From contig NC_068985.1 in NCBI RefSeq assembly GCF_001194135.2, positions 118,323,515 through 118,387,514 of the forward strand: a stretch of 64,000 nt of DNA, read 5' to 3'. This document shows, piece by piece, positions 25,411 to 36,923 of the stretch. The position numbers and the translations under genes were made by a program. This DNA comes from Octopus bimaculoides (Eukaryota). The notes beneath the pieces are model-generated. The model did no database searches, was not told the origin of the DNA, and saw only the letters and a list, made by a program, of their open reading frames with translations. Position 1 is the stretch's first letter. Every line of letters starts with the position of its first letter.

Positions 25411-26110
25411 GTAAGTTTGCATCTAAAAACAAACCTCCTCATAAATTAACATACACAAATAATTTTGGTAATTAATTATATTTGTACTATTGATAGGCAT
25501 GAAGCAGAGAAATAAAATAATTTGCCATTTAAGAATACAATTAAAGTATATTGATGTAGAATTATAGATCAGTAAAACTGATAAATTGGATCAACAATGA
25601 AGAGGCAGGGGAAAATAACCTTCATTTATTCTTTTCTTACTTTCTTTTTCTCTACTCCTTCACCCTGTCTCACATGCACACATACAGTCTGATGCTTGAT
25701 AATATAGTGATAAGTATTCCTGCCTATCATAAAGAAGACAGAGTTGTGCCTACAACCTTCTCAGGCTTTCCAAGACCAGTGAGATTGACATTGTTGATAT
25801 TCTTCATGAGTAAGTGCAAGTTGACAGTATAGGGATGGAATTCCCTTCTGGTGAGAAAGGTCTGGAGTGAGTGATTAGTGGAACAGAGACAAGGGAATCA
25901 GGTGAGCTTGAGTGAAGATGGTATGAGATCAGCCAACTGTGAAGAGTTGTAGCAAGAGAGGAAGAGTGAGGGGACAGTATAGCCATGGGCTGGAAGTTGG
26001 AGTGTGTGAATGGACATGGGTATGCTCAAAGAAGGGCGACCTGGGGCTAAATAACAATAACAACTAAACTTGTTTTGGATATTTTAAATATTTCAATTAT
26101 CTTGTTTTAG

Positions 26111-26244
26111 CCTTTGGAGATGTCTTTGTTGGCATTGGAGTGAGGGAGCCTCAGCCCAGAGCCAGTGAGGCATTTTCAAAATTTGGTGAAGCTCACCGTG
26201 ACATGGAGAAGTTTGCAATAAAAATGATACGAACAGTCAAACCT
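26111..26244 (+). CDS. PICK1: PICK1 coding exon 6 (TFGDVFVGIGVREPQPRASEAFSKFGEAHRDMEKFAIKMIRTVKP)
   Basis: Homologous to human AFGDVFSVIGVREPQPAASEAF. TTTTAG acceptor, GTAAGT donor. Confidence 0.96.
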
Positions 26245-27028
26245 GTAAGTGGCAGTGATTTATTTTTTAAAGATTTCATCTTTTTTATTATTTTACATCA
26301 ACTGTTTTAGAATTGACATGTTTCATGTATTGTTAGAATGAGTATTTTTAGCTTTCTCTAATATATCTTGACCTGTTGATCATTGACTTACAGCTGAAGA
26401 ATTTGTCTTCATGAAATTAAAACAAGCTAGCTTGGCAGAGCCTATCTTATATGTAATTAATCCCAGCTAATTCATTAATTTTTGTGATACCACTCATAAG
26501 AGCAGTGAATTGGTTCTATCTTGTGACACCTCCTTACAAGTAAATGGACTATGCTATTTAGAATCAAGTGTCATGGTTATGAATATGATACAGGAACCTT
26601 GTGCATAATCCAAACTATTAACCTTATTCAATATTAAGTACTTAATTATAAAATGGAACCAATCTGGTCCACAACTAATCTGCATTCAATATGTGCTTCA
26701 TTATCTTCTTTAGTTATTTTCTTGACTAGTAAAGGGTCATGCTGTAATGATTCAACTGTTGACTTTAACTTACTTGCTCAGTCTTAAAACATGGTAGTTA
26801 GATAGCGATTTATATTAAACCAACATTAAATGTTGATTAAAGAATTTTTATGTAATTATTGTGACTTGTAGTAGCTGTAGTTTTATTCATTAGCCGTTTT
26901 CTGTCGTAGCCTTTTCTTGTAACATTATAAAAATGTTTGAAAATGCTATGTACTATTGATACTTTGTTGTTCATCATATTTATATATCTTCTTGATACAT
27001 ATAATATCTATTAATTATTGTTTTATAG

Positions 27029-27121
27029 ATGATTTGTGACTTACACACCTTTCTCAACAAGGCAGTACCAGATACTCGTCTTACAATCAAGAAGTATCTA
27101 GACTCTAAATTTGAATATTTG
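27029..27121 (+). CDS. PICK1: PICK1 coding exon 7 (MICDLHTFLNKAVPDTRLTIKKYLDSKFEYL)
   Basis: Homologous to human MLTDLNTYLNKAIPDTRLTIKKYLDVKFEYL. First of four repeated TTG|GTAAGT donors is at 27122. Confidence 0.95.
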
Positions 27122-27293
27122 GTAAGTCTCTGGAGTTTAATCTACTCATTTATAGTTATATCTACTGAATATTTGGTAAGTCTCTGGAGTTTAATCTACT
27201 CATTTATAGTTATATCTACTGAATATTTGGTAAGTCTCTGGAGTTTAATCTACTCATTTATAGTTATATCTACTGAATATTTGGTAAGTCTCT
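27112..27293 (+). repeat. Perfect 54-bp tandem repeat (3 units + 20 nt) spanning the exon 7 donor
   Basis: Unit TGAATATTTGGTAAGTCTCTGGAGTTTAATCTACTCATTTATAGTTATATCTAC starts at 27112, 27166 and 27220, with a partial copy at 27274. Confidence 0.97.
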
Positions 27294-27990
27294 TGTTTAT
27301 TTTCTAAATTAAAGTAATTCTATGTTTGAGTACAATTAGATCTGATATGTGGATTTACATCACAGATGTTTTACACATGCTGTATGTGCATTTTTTTACA
27401 GTTATATCATGTTTTTGTTTCTGGAAAATCTCATTAAATCAATGACTAAGTTAATCAAACATAGATTAGGTGTTTATTACCCCATGCAGGTTTATGTAGT
27501 CAATAAAAGATAACTGCATTTTTTTTTTTTTTGTTTTCGGCATTCAAATTTGCAACAACTTACTGACAGAGTCTTTAAAAACCCATAAAAAACTGGTTTA
27601 CCCTGAAGACCAAAATAGTCATTAAATATAAGTTACATAGCTGTGAATTTGTAAAAGAAAAGATCAATTATTTTTCTCAGTAAATTCATATGTACTTGTA
27701 ATTCCCCTATGATACCAAAAGGGTTTCCCATGCCTGATCTACAGTGTTTCACTTTACATCATGAATGCCTTTCAGAAGAGTATCAGAACAGCCAAGATGC
27801 AGTACGGACAGTATAATTCAGACTGTTTAATATCAAGTCCGCAACTCAGCATTATGCATATCTGTATTGTTGATGAATAAAGGAGATTATATCACTTGTA
27901 CAAGGATGAACAAAGGAGATTAGATCATGTAAGTAGGTATTTGCATGCGAATACCTACCTACAGGACTTAACAGAAATATGGCTTATAAC

Positions 27991-28452
27991 TTCATCATCA
28001 TCATCATCATCATCGTTTAACGTCCGCTTTCCATGCTAGCATGGGTTGGACGATTTGACTGAGGACTGGTGAAACCGGATGGCAACACCAGGCTCCAGTC
28101 TGATTTGGCAGAGTTTCTACAGCTGGATGCCCTTCCTAACGCCAACCACTCAGAGAGTGTAGTGGGTGCTTTTACGTGTCACCCGCACGAAAACGGCCAC
28201 GCTCGAAATGGTGTCTTTTATGTGCCACCCGCACAAGCCAGTCCAGGGGCACTGGCAACGATCTCGCTCGAAAATCCTACAGGAGCCAGTCAGGCGGTAC
28301 TGGCAACGGCCACGCTCAAAATGGTGCATCTCATGTGCCACCCGCACAAGAACCAGTCCAGGGGCACTGGCAACGATCTTACTTGGCTTGCCGGGTCTTC
28401 TCACGCACAGCCCATTTCCAAAGGTCTCGGTCCGTAGTCATCGCCTCGGTCA
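27991..28452 (-). mobile_element. Repeat family C with (GAT)n tail (SINE/RTE-type 3' end) and internal sub-repeats
   Basis: On - strand ends ggaaagcggacgttaaac(gat)n. Homologues in the opposite orientation at 25002-25187 and 14931-15092; decayed same-orientation copy at about 17548-17725. Confidence 0.75.
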
Positions 28453-28975
28453 GTTATTAATGTTCTTATAGAGATTGATGATGTTTATATTCTTTAAATC
28501 ATTGGAGTTGCAGCATTTGTCCCAACACTGGTAAAAACTAATGTTAATGTATGTGTCTGTGGCAGCTTCATAACCTTTTCAATCATAGAAGTGCCATTTC
28601 ATGGAGGACAAATAAACTTACAAGAGTGGCCGATCCTTCTCTAATAGACACAATGCTTTGTCAGTAATAGTATATTCCTGGGATAATTGTTTAGTACCCT
28701 GTTAATGTAACCATTAGCTCCGTATCCTGAAGACATAGTCATTAACATAATACCCTATTGATGAAACAATTAGCACAGTACCCTATTGATGTAACCATTA
28801 ACACAATACTCTTTTAATGTAGCCATTAGCACTCTGGTATTAGAAGTAGGTGAAGTTAAGTACCTCAACTGGAAATTAAAGCTTTATTGTAGACTTGACT
28901 TTCAGAGAGTTTATTAACACTGTATTGTACTTCCACCTTAGCAAAATGACTGGTTAACATGTATTTTTTATGTAG

Positions 28976-29076
28976 TCATACTGTCTTAAGCTGAAAGAAA
29001 TGGATGATGAAGAATACAGTTACGCTGCTCTTCAAGAACCACTTTACCGAGTTGAAACTGGCAATTATGAATATAG
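28976..29076 (+). CDS. PICK1: PICK1 coding exon 8 (SYCLKLKEMDDEEYSYAALQEPLYRVETGNYEYR)
   Basis: Homologous to human SYCLKVKEMDDEEYSCIALGEPLYRVSTGNYEYR. TGTAG acceptor, AG|GTAAGA donor. Confidence 0.96.
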
Positions 29077-29330
29077 GTAAGATTTCAGTTTATTTTTATC
29101 TTGCTATTTTACATTCTTCCATCTTATTTAAGACAGTGGATAGAAGAATTATTAGAACATTGTATGAAATATCTTGCAATAATTAGATGCAAACTTTCTC
29201 CTGAGATAACTACTAAAATCCAGAACATTTGGTAGCTCAAGCTGGTTGTAGGCCTGTGCACCACCGTGAATTATGGGAAGAAAACTCCAGAATTTACCAA
29301 CTCACTCCACGACACTAACCTTAAGAAGTT

Positions 29331-29780
29331 TTGGGTAAATGTCACTATATTGTTATGGTCAACAATGATCTGCGTTGGCTGAGCCATATTTCTAAAATTG
29401 GCAAAAAGACTGAACGTATCCTAGCATTACTCAGTAACACCTTTGTCAGCTACTCACCAGCTATCTATTTAAAGCTATATATGGTTATGGTATGTCCACA
29501 TTTTGAGTTTGCATCTCCAGTCTGGAACCCCTATCTTGTCCAGAATATCAGTCTACTACAAGCTGACCAGAGACGTGCAACTCGACTAATACTCTCTTTT
29601 AGTCACTCACCATATCTTGAATGTACTGCCTCTGGGCATCAACATGCTAAAGTTTCAATGTCTAGCAGCTACCTGGAAGGATCTCTCAAGATTATCCACC
29701 ATCTTTCTAACAATAACTTTGGCCCCTTTTTCAATTCAATCACTCATGGACGTGTTTATAAAATAAAAAACAGTGCAGTA
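29331..29780 (+). mobile_element. CR1/L2-like LINE RT C-terminal fragment in PICK1 intron 8
   Basis: DLRWLSHI...LY..MVCPHFEFASPVWNPYL..I.LL..QRRATRLI motif. Confidence 0.75.
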
Positions 29781-30021
29781 CCCATGACTTTCAGCAACGT
29801 TGTTTCATGCTGTATTTCTTTACTTGGCTTATGTAGCTGCTTTCTGTTCCCACTTTTAACTTTTTCTGATGAATTGTAGTGCACTTGAGCACTATGTACA
29901 ATAAGTTTATTATCACATTTTACCACTGACAGCAATGCAACCTTGTAGAACCTCTACTGTTGGTAATTGACTTAATCCCTTACCCCAAATTTCAGGCTTT
30001 GTGTTTCTAGTAGAAGAATTA

Positions 30022-30025
<4 letters not shown>

Positions 30026-30100
<75 letters not shown>
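30026..30100. repeat. (ATT)n microsatellite just upstream of the exon 9 acceptor
   Basis: Seen directly. Confidence 0.95.
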
Positions 30101-30101
<1 letters not shown>

Positions 30102-30125
30102 TCTCCTTTAACTCAATATCATTAG

Positions 30126-30220
30126 ATTGATCCTGAGATGTCGCCAAGATGCTAGGACACGTTTTGCTAAAATGCGCTCAGATGTTTTGGTCAAGATAGA
30201 ATTATTGGATCAGAAACATG
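30126..30220 (+). CDS. PICK1: PICK1 coding exon 9 (LILRCRQDARTRFAKMRSDVLVKIELLDQKH)
   Basis: Homologous to human LILRCRQEARARFSQMRKDVLEKMELLDQKH. ATTAG acceptor, G|GTATGT donor. Confidence 0.96.
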
Positions 30221-30529
30221 GTATGTGATTTAAAAGAAATTTTTTTTTCCAAATTTATTCTTCTACTCCTGAATTGTTTCATAAAAAATCAAATACAGTA
30301 AGATGAAATTAAATAACCTGAATGGATGATTCAGCTTTTATTTCTAGCTGATATTCTTCAGCAACAGATATTCCCCAATTTACAAGACACAATCTAACCA
30401 GTTTAGGTTGCAAACATTCAGGGATGATTATAAGTGTATGTTGTTCCTGTCAATATAGCCACTTGTTATTGTAGGTGGATCCTCTATTTGACACCTGCAA
30501 GTGTTTCACAAATGTGTGTGTATATATTT

Positions 30530-31050
30530 ATGTGGGCATAGCTGTGTGATAAGAAGTTTGCTTCCCAACCACATGGTTCTGGGTTCAGTCCTGGCACCTT
30601 GAGTAAGTGTCTTCTACTATAGCCTCTGGCCAACCAAAGCCTTGTGAGTGGANNNNNNNNNNTGGTACAGTATTATATATTTGAAAAAATGAATAGAAAT
30701 GGCTTTTCTGATCATTTTCTCACTTTAATAATTAGGTGTTTAAACTTATAACCATCTAAATATTAAAGTGGAAAAATTTTCAGAAAAGCCATTTCTATTC
30801 ATTTAAAAAATATATATATATGTGTGTGTGTGCGTGTGTGTGTTTGTTACCCACCTTTTGCTTGACAAATGGTGTTGGTTTGTGTTTACATCCCTGTAAC
30901 TTAGTGGCTCAGCAAAAGAAACTTATAGAATAGGTACCGGGCTTAAAAAACAATAAGTATTGGGGTTGATTTGTTCAACTAAAGTACTTCAAGGCCGTGT
31001 CTCAGCATGGCTGTAATCTAATGACTGAAACAAATAAAAAAATAAAAGAT
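30530..31050 (+). mobile_element. SINE family A copy, CpG-decayed, PICK1 intron 9
   Basis: Homologous to 40905-41280 with CG changed to TG/CA. Confidence 0.7.
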
Positions 31051-31123
31051 ACATACACACACACATGTGCGCACAAATACTAATGTATCCATAAACCAAA
31101 TGTTTTTGTTTTTTATCTAATAG

Positions 31124-31389
31124 TGCAAGACATTGTATTTCAACTGCAGCGATTTGTATCAGCCATGTCTAAATATCACAGTGACTGCCATTCAGTAATG
31201 AAAGAAGCTGTAGTTTTCCCAATTGAAGTTGATTTATCTCGCAGCACTCTGACATATGACCATTCCAATGACTTTAACGATGATGATGGAGATGAAATTG
31301 AAGAAGGTGAAGAAGCAATGGCAGATAGATTGAACACTGAGCCTGTTGACAACAATACTGGCCTAATTGACCTCATGACTGCTGACTAA
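31124..31389 (+). CDS. PICK1: PICK1 coding exon 10, BAR end and acidic tail to stop (VQDIVFQLQRFVSAMSKYH...FPIEVDL...TGLIDLMTAD*)
   Basis: Homologous to human VQDIVFQLQRLVSTMSKYY...DVFPIEVDL. AATAG acceptor, TAA stop. The ten exons sum to 1251 nt (416 aa). Confidence 0.96.
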
Positions 31390-31612
31390 TCAGCAAATTT
31401 TTCCCTGTATCTTTTAAAAAATTTTAATATATTATGAAGGCCTAATTTTTAGTTGTTATTGTTGTACATATTTATACAACAAAACAGAAGTTAATTCAGT
31501 ATGAATTAAATATTTAAGTATTTGTATAGTTTGTGTCCAAAATGACACTAAGATTTTGTGATATTATTTCTTTGTTGAGACACTACAAATTTATATGAAT
31601 CATTAAAGAAAA

Positions 31613-31618
31613 AATAAA
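31613..31618 (+). promoter_or_regulatory. Candidate PICK1 polyadenylation signal AATAAA
   Basis: AATAAA about 220 nt after the stop, followed by T-rich sequence. AT-rich context makes chance matches common. Confidence 0.3.
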
Positions 31619-34600
31619 TGTTTGAAAAAATTTATTTAAAAGTTGTCCAGTTATTTATTTCTCAATGCCTGTCAAATAGTATTAAAGATCTAATTTTTTT
31701 CTTGAGAAAAGGATCAAATTTAAATTAAACCTTTTTCTTTTGAGGGTCAAATCTTTTGTTGAAAAATTTCTTACAGTTGTCCTAATTGTATTTTTGGTGG
31801 AAAATTACCTGTTTTCTGCTTATCCCCATTCAATCTAGATATCCACTGTGCTTACAATTATTCTATGTAGAGTTATTATGAGTACATATGTCTGCATACT
31901 GAAAAGGAATTAAGCTGGTGATGTATTTCTATCCAAATAACAACTGAACTAGGGATAAGATTAAAGGCAGTGAATTGGCAGAATCATAAGTTTAGGACAA
32001 AATGGCTTGCAATGTTTGTTCTGGGTGGGGTGGGTAGGTCAATAGAATAAAGTATCCACCCAAATGAATTGAGAAATTGTAAGAGCTTTGAACTAGATGC
32101 CTTGGGCTAATTGTTTGAACACTTAGTGTTCTGAGTTCTTCAGTGGCAGTCTTAATCCATTACCAGTTTAGCACCACTTCCTGATCTTAGAGCAACTATA
32201 ACAGAATTCACATTATTGCAAGTATTCAAACCAGATGTTTAGTTTGAAGATAACTTTCTGCTTTTCTTCCATCGCTTTCAAAGGTTCTGAAAAAAAAGTA
32301 GTAGATTTGACTAAACAGTAAAAACAGGCAACCTCAAAAATCTGATGATAATGTGATACAGCAGATTTCAAGTATAATTTGAATTGTAAAAGAGATAAGT
32401 GGACACATTTTAACTTCATCACTTGTCTGACGTTTTATTCCTCATGGAGGATATGAATAACACAAGCCATCAAAATAACCATCAACCTTGGCATTTATGT
32501 ACATCTAGTGGGCCCCGCCTTCTATCAAACACCTAACTGCCTTTTTCTGTTCTCTCTAATACTTCTTGGGTTACATCTCAATTTCTTCCCCTCTTTTTCT
32601 AGTCACGTCTCCTCCTTTACTTACCTTCTGTATTGTGTGTAACCACCTTGCTTCTTTGGATATGGACTTGTGAGAGCATCAAATAAAATGCTTTGCAATA
32701 TTTGTTCTATATTGTCATCTCCCTTGTGAACTCAGCATCCTAAGATCAGCTTTCACTTCTGCACATAACTTCCTTGGTCTTCCTCTTTTATTGTTTCTGT
32801 TCACATAGATCTCCAGGCATTTCTTTACCAATCTGTCCTCTCACACACACACACACATGTGCATATGAATGCAGTTGTCTCTCTTGAACACTACATCTGA
32901 TTCTTCTTATATCTGGTTTTTGTCTGAGCTGGTCTGTGCCCTGTTGTTCATGCTCTTTAACACCAGATTTCCAACAGCATGCTTGCTTCATATATTTTCA
33001 GCCATCACACATCCTTTGTGTTGAGTGCCCATGTCTCATTATCATACAACATTGCAGTTCAGAGCCAAGCATTGTACAATCTATTCTTCATTTAAAGAGA
33101 GGACTCCTTCCAGAGATGAGGAAATAATCAGCTGATGGCAATTGAGACAAACTCCAAATGAGAAGAGAAGATAATCTCAAGAATTAAGTATGATCTAACA
33201 TTAACATATCATTTACGAAAAGACAGTCTGATTTCTGGAGACAAAAAGGCAGCATGAGCACTAATTGTCCTACCTTATCTTCTGCAGACAGATACACAAA
33301 AAGAGTAGGGTGAAACAAACAAAGAGTAAAAGGAAACAAAAATGAGCTAAGAGAAAAAAACTTAGTTGGGCCAGTGACATGTACTTGAACAACAAAGACA
33401 AGTATATTAAATTAAGGTAATCTTGATTCTTATCTTCCCTTCACATTTGGAGTGAGTTCTAAATGCCACTAAGCATGAAGGTGGTTAATGTGTTCAGCTC
33501 ATAATGATAAAGTTGTTAGTTCAATTCCTGAACCAGGCACTTCATTTCACATTGATCCAGTCAACTCAGTATCACCCACTGCTGGTGCACCCCCTCTCCT
33601 GCCAAATGCCATATCCTTCATATTCTGTTGGGTTAAGGGGGTGAATGTAAACAGATATGCTGGAAGGTGTTTGTGTTTGCTTGCAACTGTATAGTCACCT
33701 AAAACAAATTAGTGATAACATGGTACATATGGTCAAGCCATACCTACCCAAGAGTGATGGCTGGCTATATTGTAATAATGATTCAAGAATAAAAGAATTC
33801 TTTCCTTTATACTGAAGCACCACCGTTCTTGAAACTATCACAAGATTTAAAAAATAAATCTATGTTTATATTATCAACACTATTTTTATTGCTATATACA
33901 ATAAATAATTAAAAATGATATATTATTTATAGATACAACTGTTAAAAGATAATTCCGTCATGGTCGACTTTGCCTTTCACCCTTTGGGGGTTGATAAAGT
34001 ACCAGTTTTTCCCTGAGATCGATATAATCGACTTACCCCGTCCCCCCAAATTGTCGGCCTTGAGCCAAAATTTGAAATCAATACGTAAATGTATTAAGGG
34101 CTCAGTTACTTACTGTTCCTTATTTTATATTGTTATTTTTTTAGATACGGAGTATAGGGATATTTGAGGATTCTTCAATATCAGTATATTACTCTCTTCA
34201 AAATAGTTAAAAGGTTTTTTTTTATTTAGGATGGAAGACATTCCAACCATAACCATCCCATCTTTTTATCTCTTTTCTTCAATACAGTGTGTTTATAATA
34301 ATACTTAAATTTTTTAAAGTCGTAGAATGTGATCAGAGATTTCATTGTTATTTCTAGCAGGCGAGCCTCTAAGTTGATGCCGAGTGACATAAGGGACATA
34401 ACTCTATGTTACATCATTGTTGCTTGTAAAAACAAAATAAACAATCTTTTTTAAACAAGTTTCTTTCATTTACTTTCTTCGTTTCATCTAAATTTATTTA
34501 AGGTACACCCTCGTATATATTTCCTCGTTTGGCTTGTAGGCAGCTTAAACTCATGGGCCTCGGGGCGCCGCCCCGGCTGATCCCTCCTCTCAGTGGGAAT

Positions 34601-34644
34601 ATAATTGCAGCGTGGAAGGTGTTTATAAGCCATTAAAAAAAAAC

Positions 34645-34759
34645 CCGTTAGATTCACTTCAGCATTTAAATTTAATTTGCCATAATATTTTCGTCGCGGT
34701 CTAAAAGTGACGAAAATATTTTGGCAAATTAAATTTAAATGTTGAAGTGAATCTAACGG
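34645..34759. repeat. 115-bp near-perfect palindrome (53-bp arms, 9-nt loop)
   Basis: Arms 34645-34697 and 34707-34759 are complementary at 50 of 53 positions. Confidence 0.9.
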
Positions 34760-36012
34760 TTGATCAATGGGGTGGGGTGGGTGAAATTTCCGAGGCTTCC
34801 ACCTCACCCCACTCCGTTTTTCGGACCCCACCAAAAGGGTTTTGTAGCATATCAGGATGTCACAGGAATTCATTCAACGAAAAAAAAATTTCCAATGATT
34901 CCGAGATGAGGTGGGGGGTCTCCCCTTTCGTCCCCCACCTTTTCCGAACAAAACAAGGGATTTGCAGCATATTGGGAGGTCAGGGTACTTGATTCCACGC
35001 AAAAAATCCGAGTTTTTTTTTTTTGGTTTTTTTTTTGCTTAGTGAAAATCGTGCGGTTGTTACATGAAAATTTACCGTTTTATATTATGAAGATAATATA
35101 TTAATTCTTAAAATGTCCTAATTGTAGCTCCCAGATAACAATTCACACACACACACACACGCACACAGATATCAGCAGACTGTATGTTACACATAGATAC
35201 CAATATACACATTCAGCTATTGTTTCTCGCACCCTCCCCCACACACACACGTACACATACACACAGAGTCTCTCATACAGCTACGCGCACACACAAACAC
35301 ACACTCAGTTTCATAGTTACGCGCGCACTGTCCCTACAGTTGCGCGCGCGCACACACACACACTCCTCATGACTCACAGTTACGCGCACACTCACAGTAA
35401 CGCGCGCGCACATACACACAGTCTCATACAGTTACGCGTACGCACACAAACACAGTCTCATTCAGTTACGCGCACACACACACACACATACACACACTCA
35501 CACAGATAACAGCAGACAATCAGCGTCATATTCTACATTTTTTAATTTTTATTGGAACGCTAACGTTGAGGAAGGAGGAAGATATAGCGACTAATTATAG
35601 CGGACTGACATGTCAGTCTTGCCAAACCAATTTTATTAATATAGATTTATTAATTTAGATTAAAAACTTCCTGAATTATAAACTCTGAAAGAAAAGATAC
35701 TGAAATGCCACACACATAAACTACATAATCACAGATAAATTATGCATTAATAAAAGTTGAATCGACATGTCCTCAATCAGGAATCGAAACCGATTTGCTG
35801 TGTTGGCTAAGTAGTAGTAGCACACATCTAATTCACAAGCAATAATTATATTTTGTTTATATATTTATTTTGCAAAATTCCTGATGTGAAATCGTGTGTT
35901 GAAACAGATATTGCTACATTTGAGGATGGTCATATTTTGCCAGATAAACATATGCACTATATACTTGGTCTTCATGTCAGCTTTATTATTCTTATTTTAG
36001 TGCCCTTAGCTC

Positions 36013-36013
<1 letters not shown>

Positions 36014-36099
<86 letters not shown>

Positions 36100-36761
36100 N
36101 NNNNNNNNNNNNNNNNNNNNNNNNNNNNNNNNNNNNNNNNNNNNNNNNNNNNNNNNNNNNNNNNNNNNNNNNNNNNNNNNNNNNNNNNNNNNNNNNNNNN
36201 NNNNNNNNNNNNNNNNNNNNNNNNNNNNNNNNNNNNNNNNNNNNNNNNNNNNNNNNNNNNNNNNNNNNNNNNNNNNNNNNNNNNNNNNNNNNNNNNNNNN
36301 NNNNNNNNNNNNNNNNNNNNNNNNNNNNNNNNNNNNNNNNNNNNNNNNNNNNNNNNNNNNNNNNNNNNNNNNNNNNNNNNNNNNNNNNNNNNNNNNNNNN
36401 NNNNNNNNNNNNNNNNNNNNNNNNNNNNNNNNNNNNNNNNNNNNNNNNNNNNNNNNNNNNNNNNNNNNNNNNNNNNNNNNNNNNNNNNNNNNNNNNNNNN
36501 NNNNNNNNNNNNNNNNNNNNNNNNNNNNNNNNNNNNNNNNNNNNNNNNNNNNNNNNNNNNNNNNNNNNNNNNNNNNNNNNNNNNNNNNNNNNNNNNNNNN
36601 NNNNNNNNNNNNNNNNNNNNNNNNNNNNNNNNNNNNNNNNNNNNNNNNNNNNNNNNNNNNNNNNNNNNNNNNNNNNNNNNNNNNNNNNNNNNNNNNNNNN
36701 NNNNNNNNNNNNNNNNNNNNNNNNNNNNNNNNNNNNNNNNNNNNNNNNNNNNNNNNNNNNN

Positions 36762-36824
<63 letters not shown>

Positions 36825-36833
36825 GTTATTGTT

Positions 36834-36915
<82 letters not shown>
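36014..36915. repeat. (ATT)n/(AAT)n/(GTT)n microsatellite block around an N gap
   Basis: Seen directly. Confidence 0.95.

Positions 36916-36923
<8 letters not shown>

Noticed and set aside
27112-27293. CRISPR-like or prokaryotic repeat array
   Set aside because: The units are contiguous with no spacers and the context is a eukaryotic intron. It is a VNTR.
32100-32145. Minus-strand CTGAAGA with a GAACAC/GTGTTC hairpin (hammerhead-like)
   Set aside because: G12 is missing, there is a 5-nt insertion, stems I and III are absent, and it lies in a SINE remnant.
32200-33300. Possible RTE LINE fragments (ETW-like motif near 33030)
   Set aside because: Too decayed, and the motif order is inconsistent, so I could not annotate it confidently.
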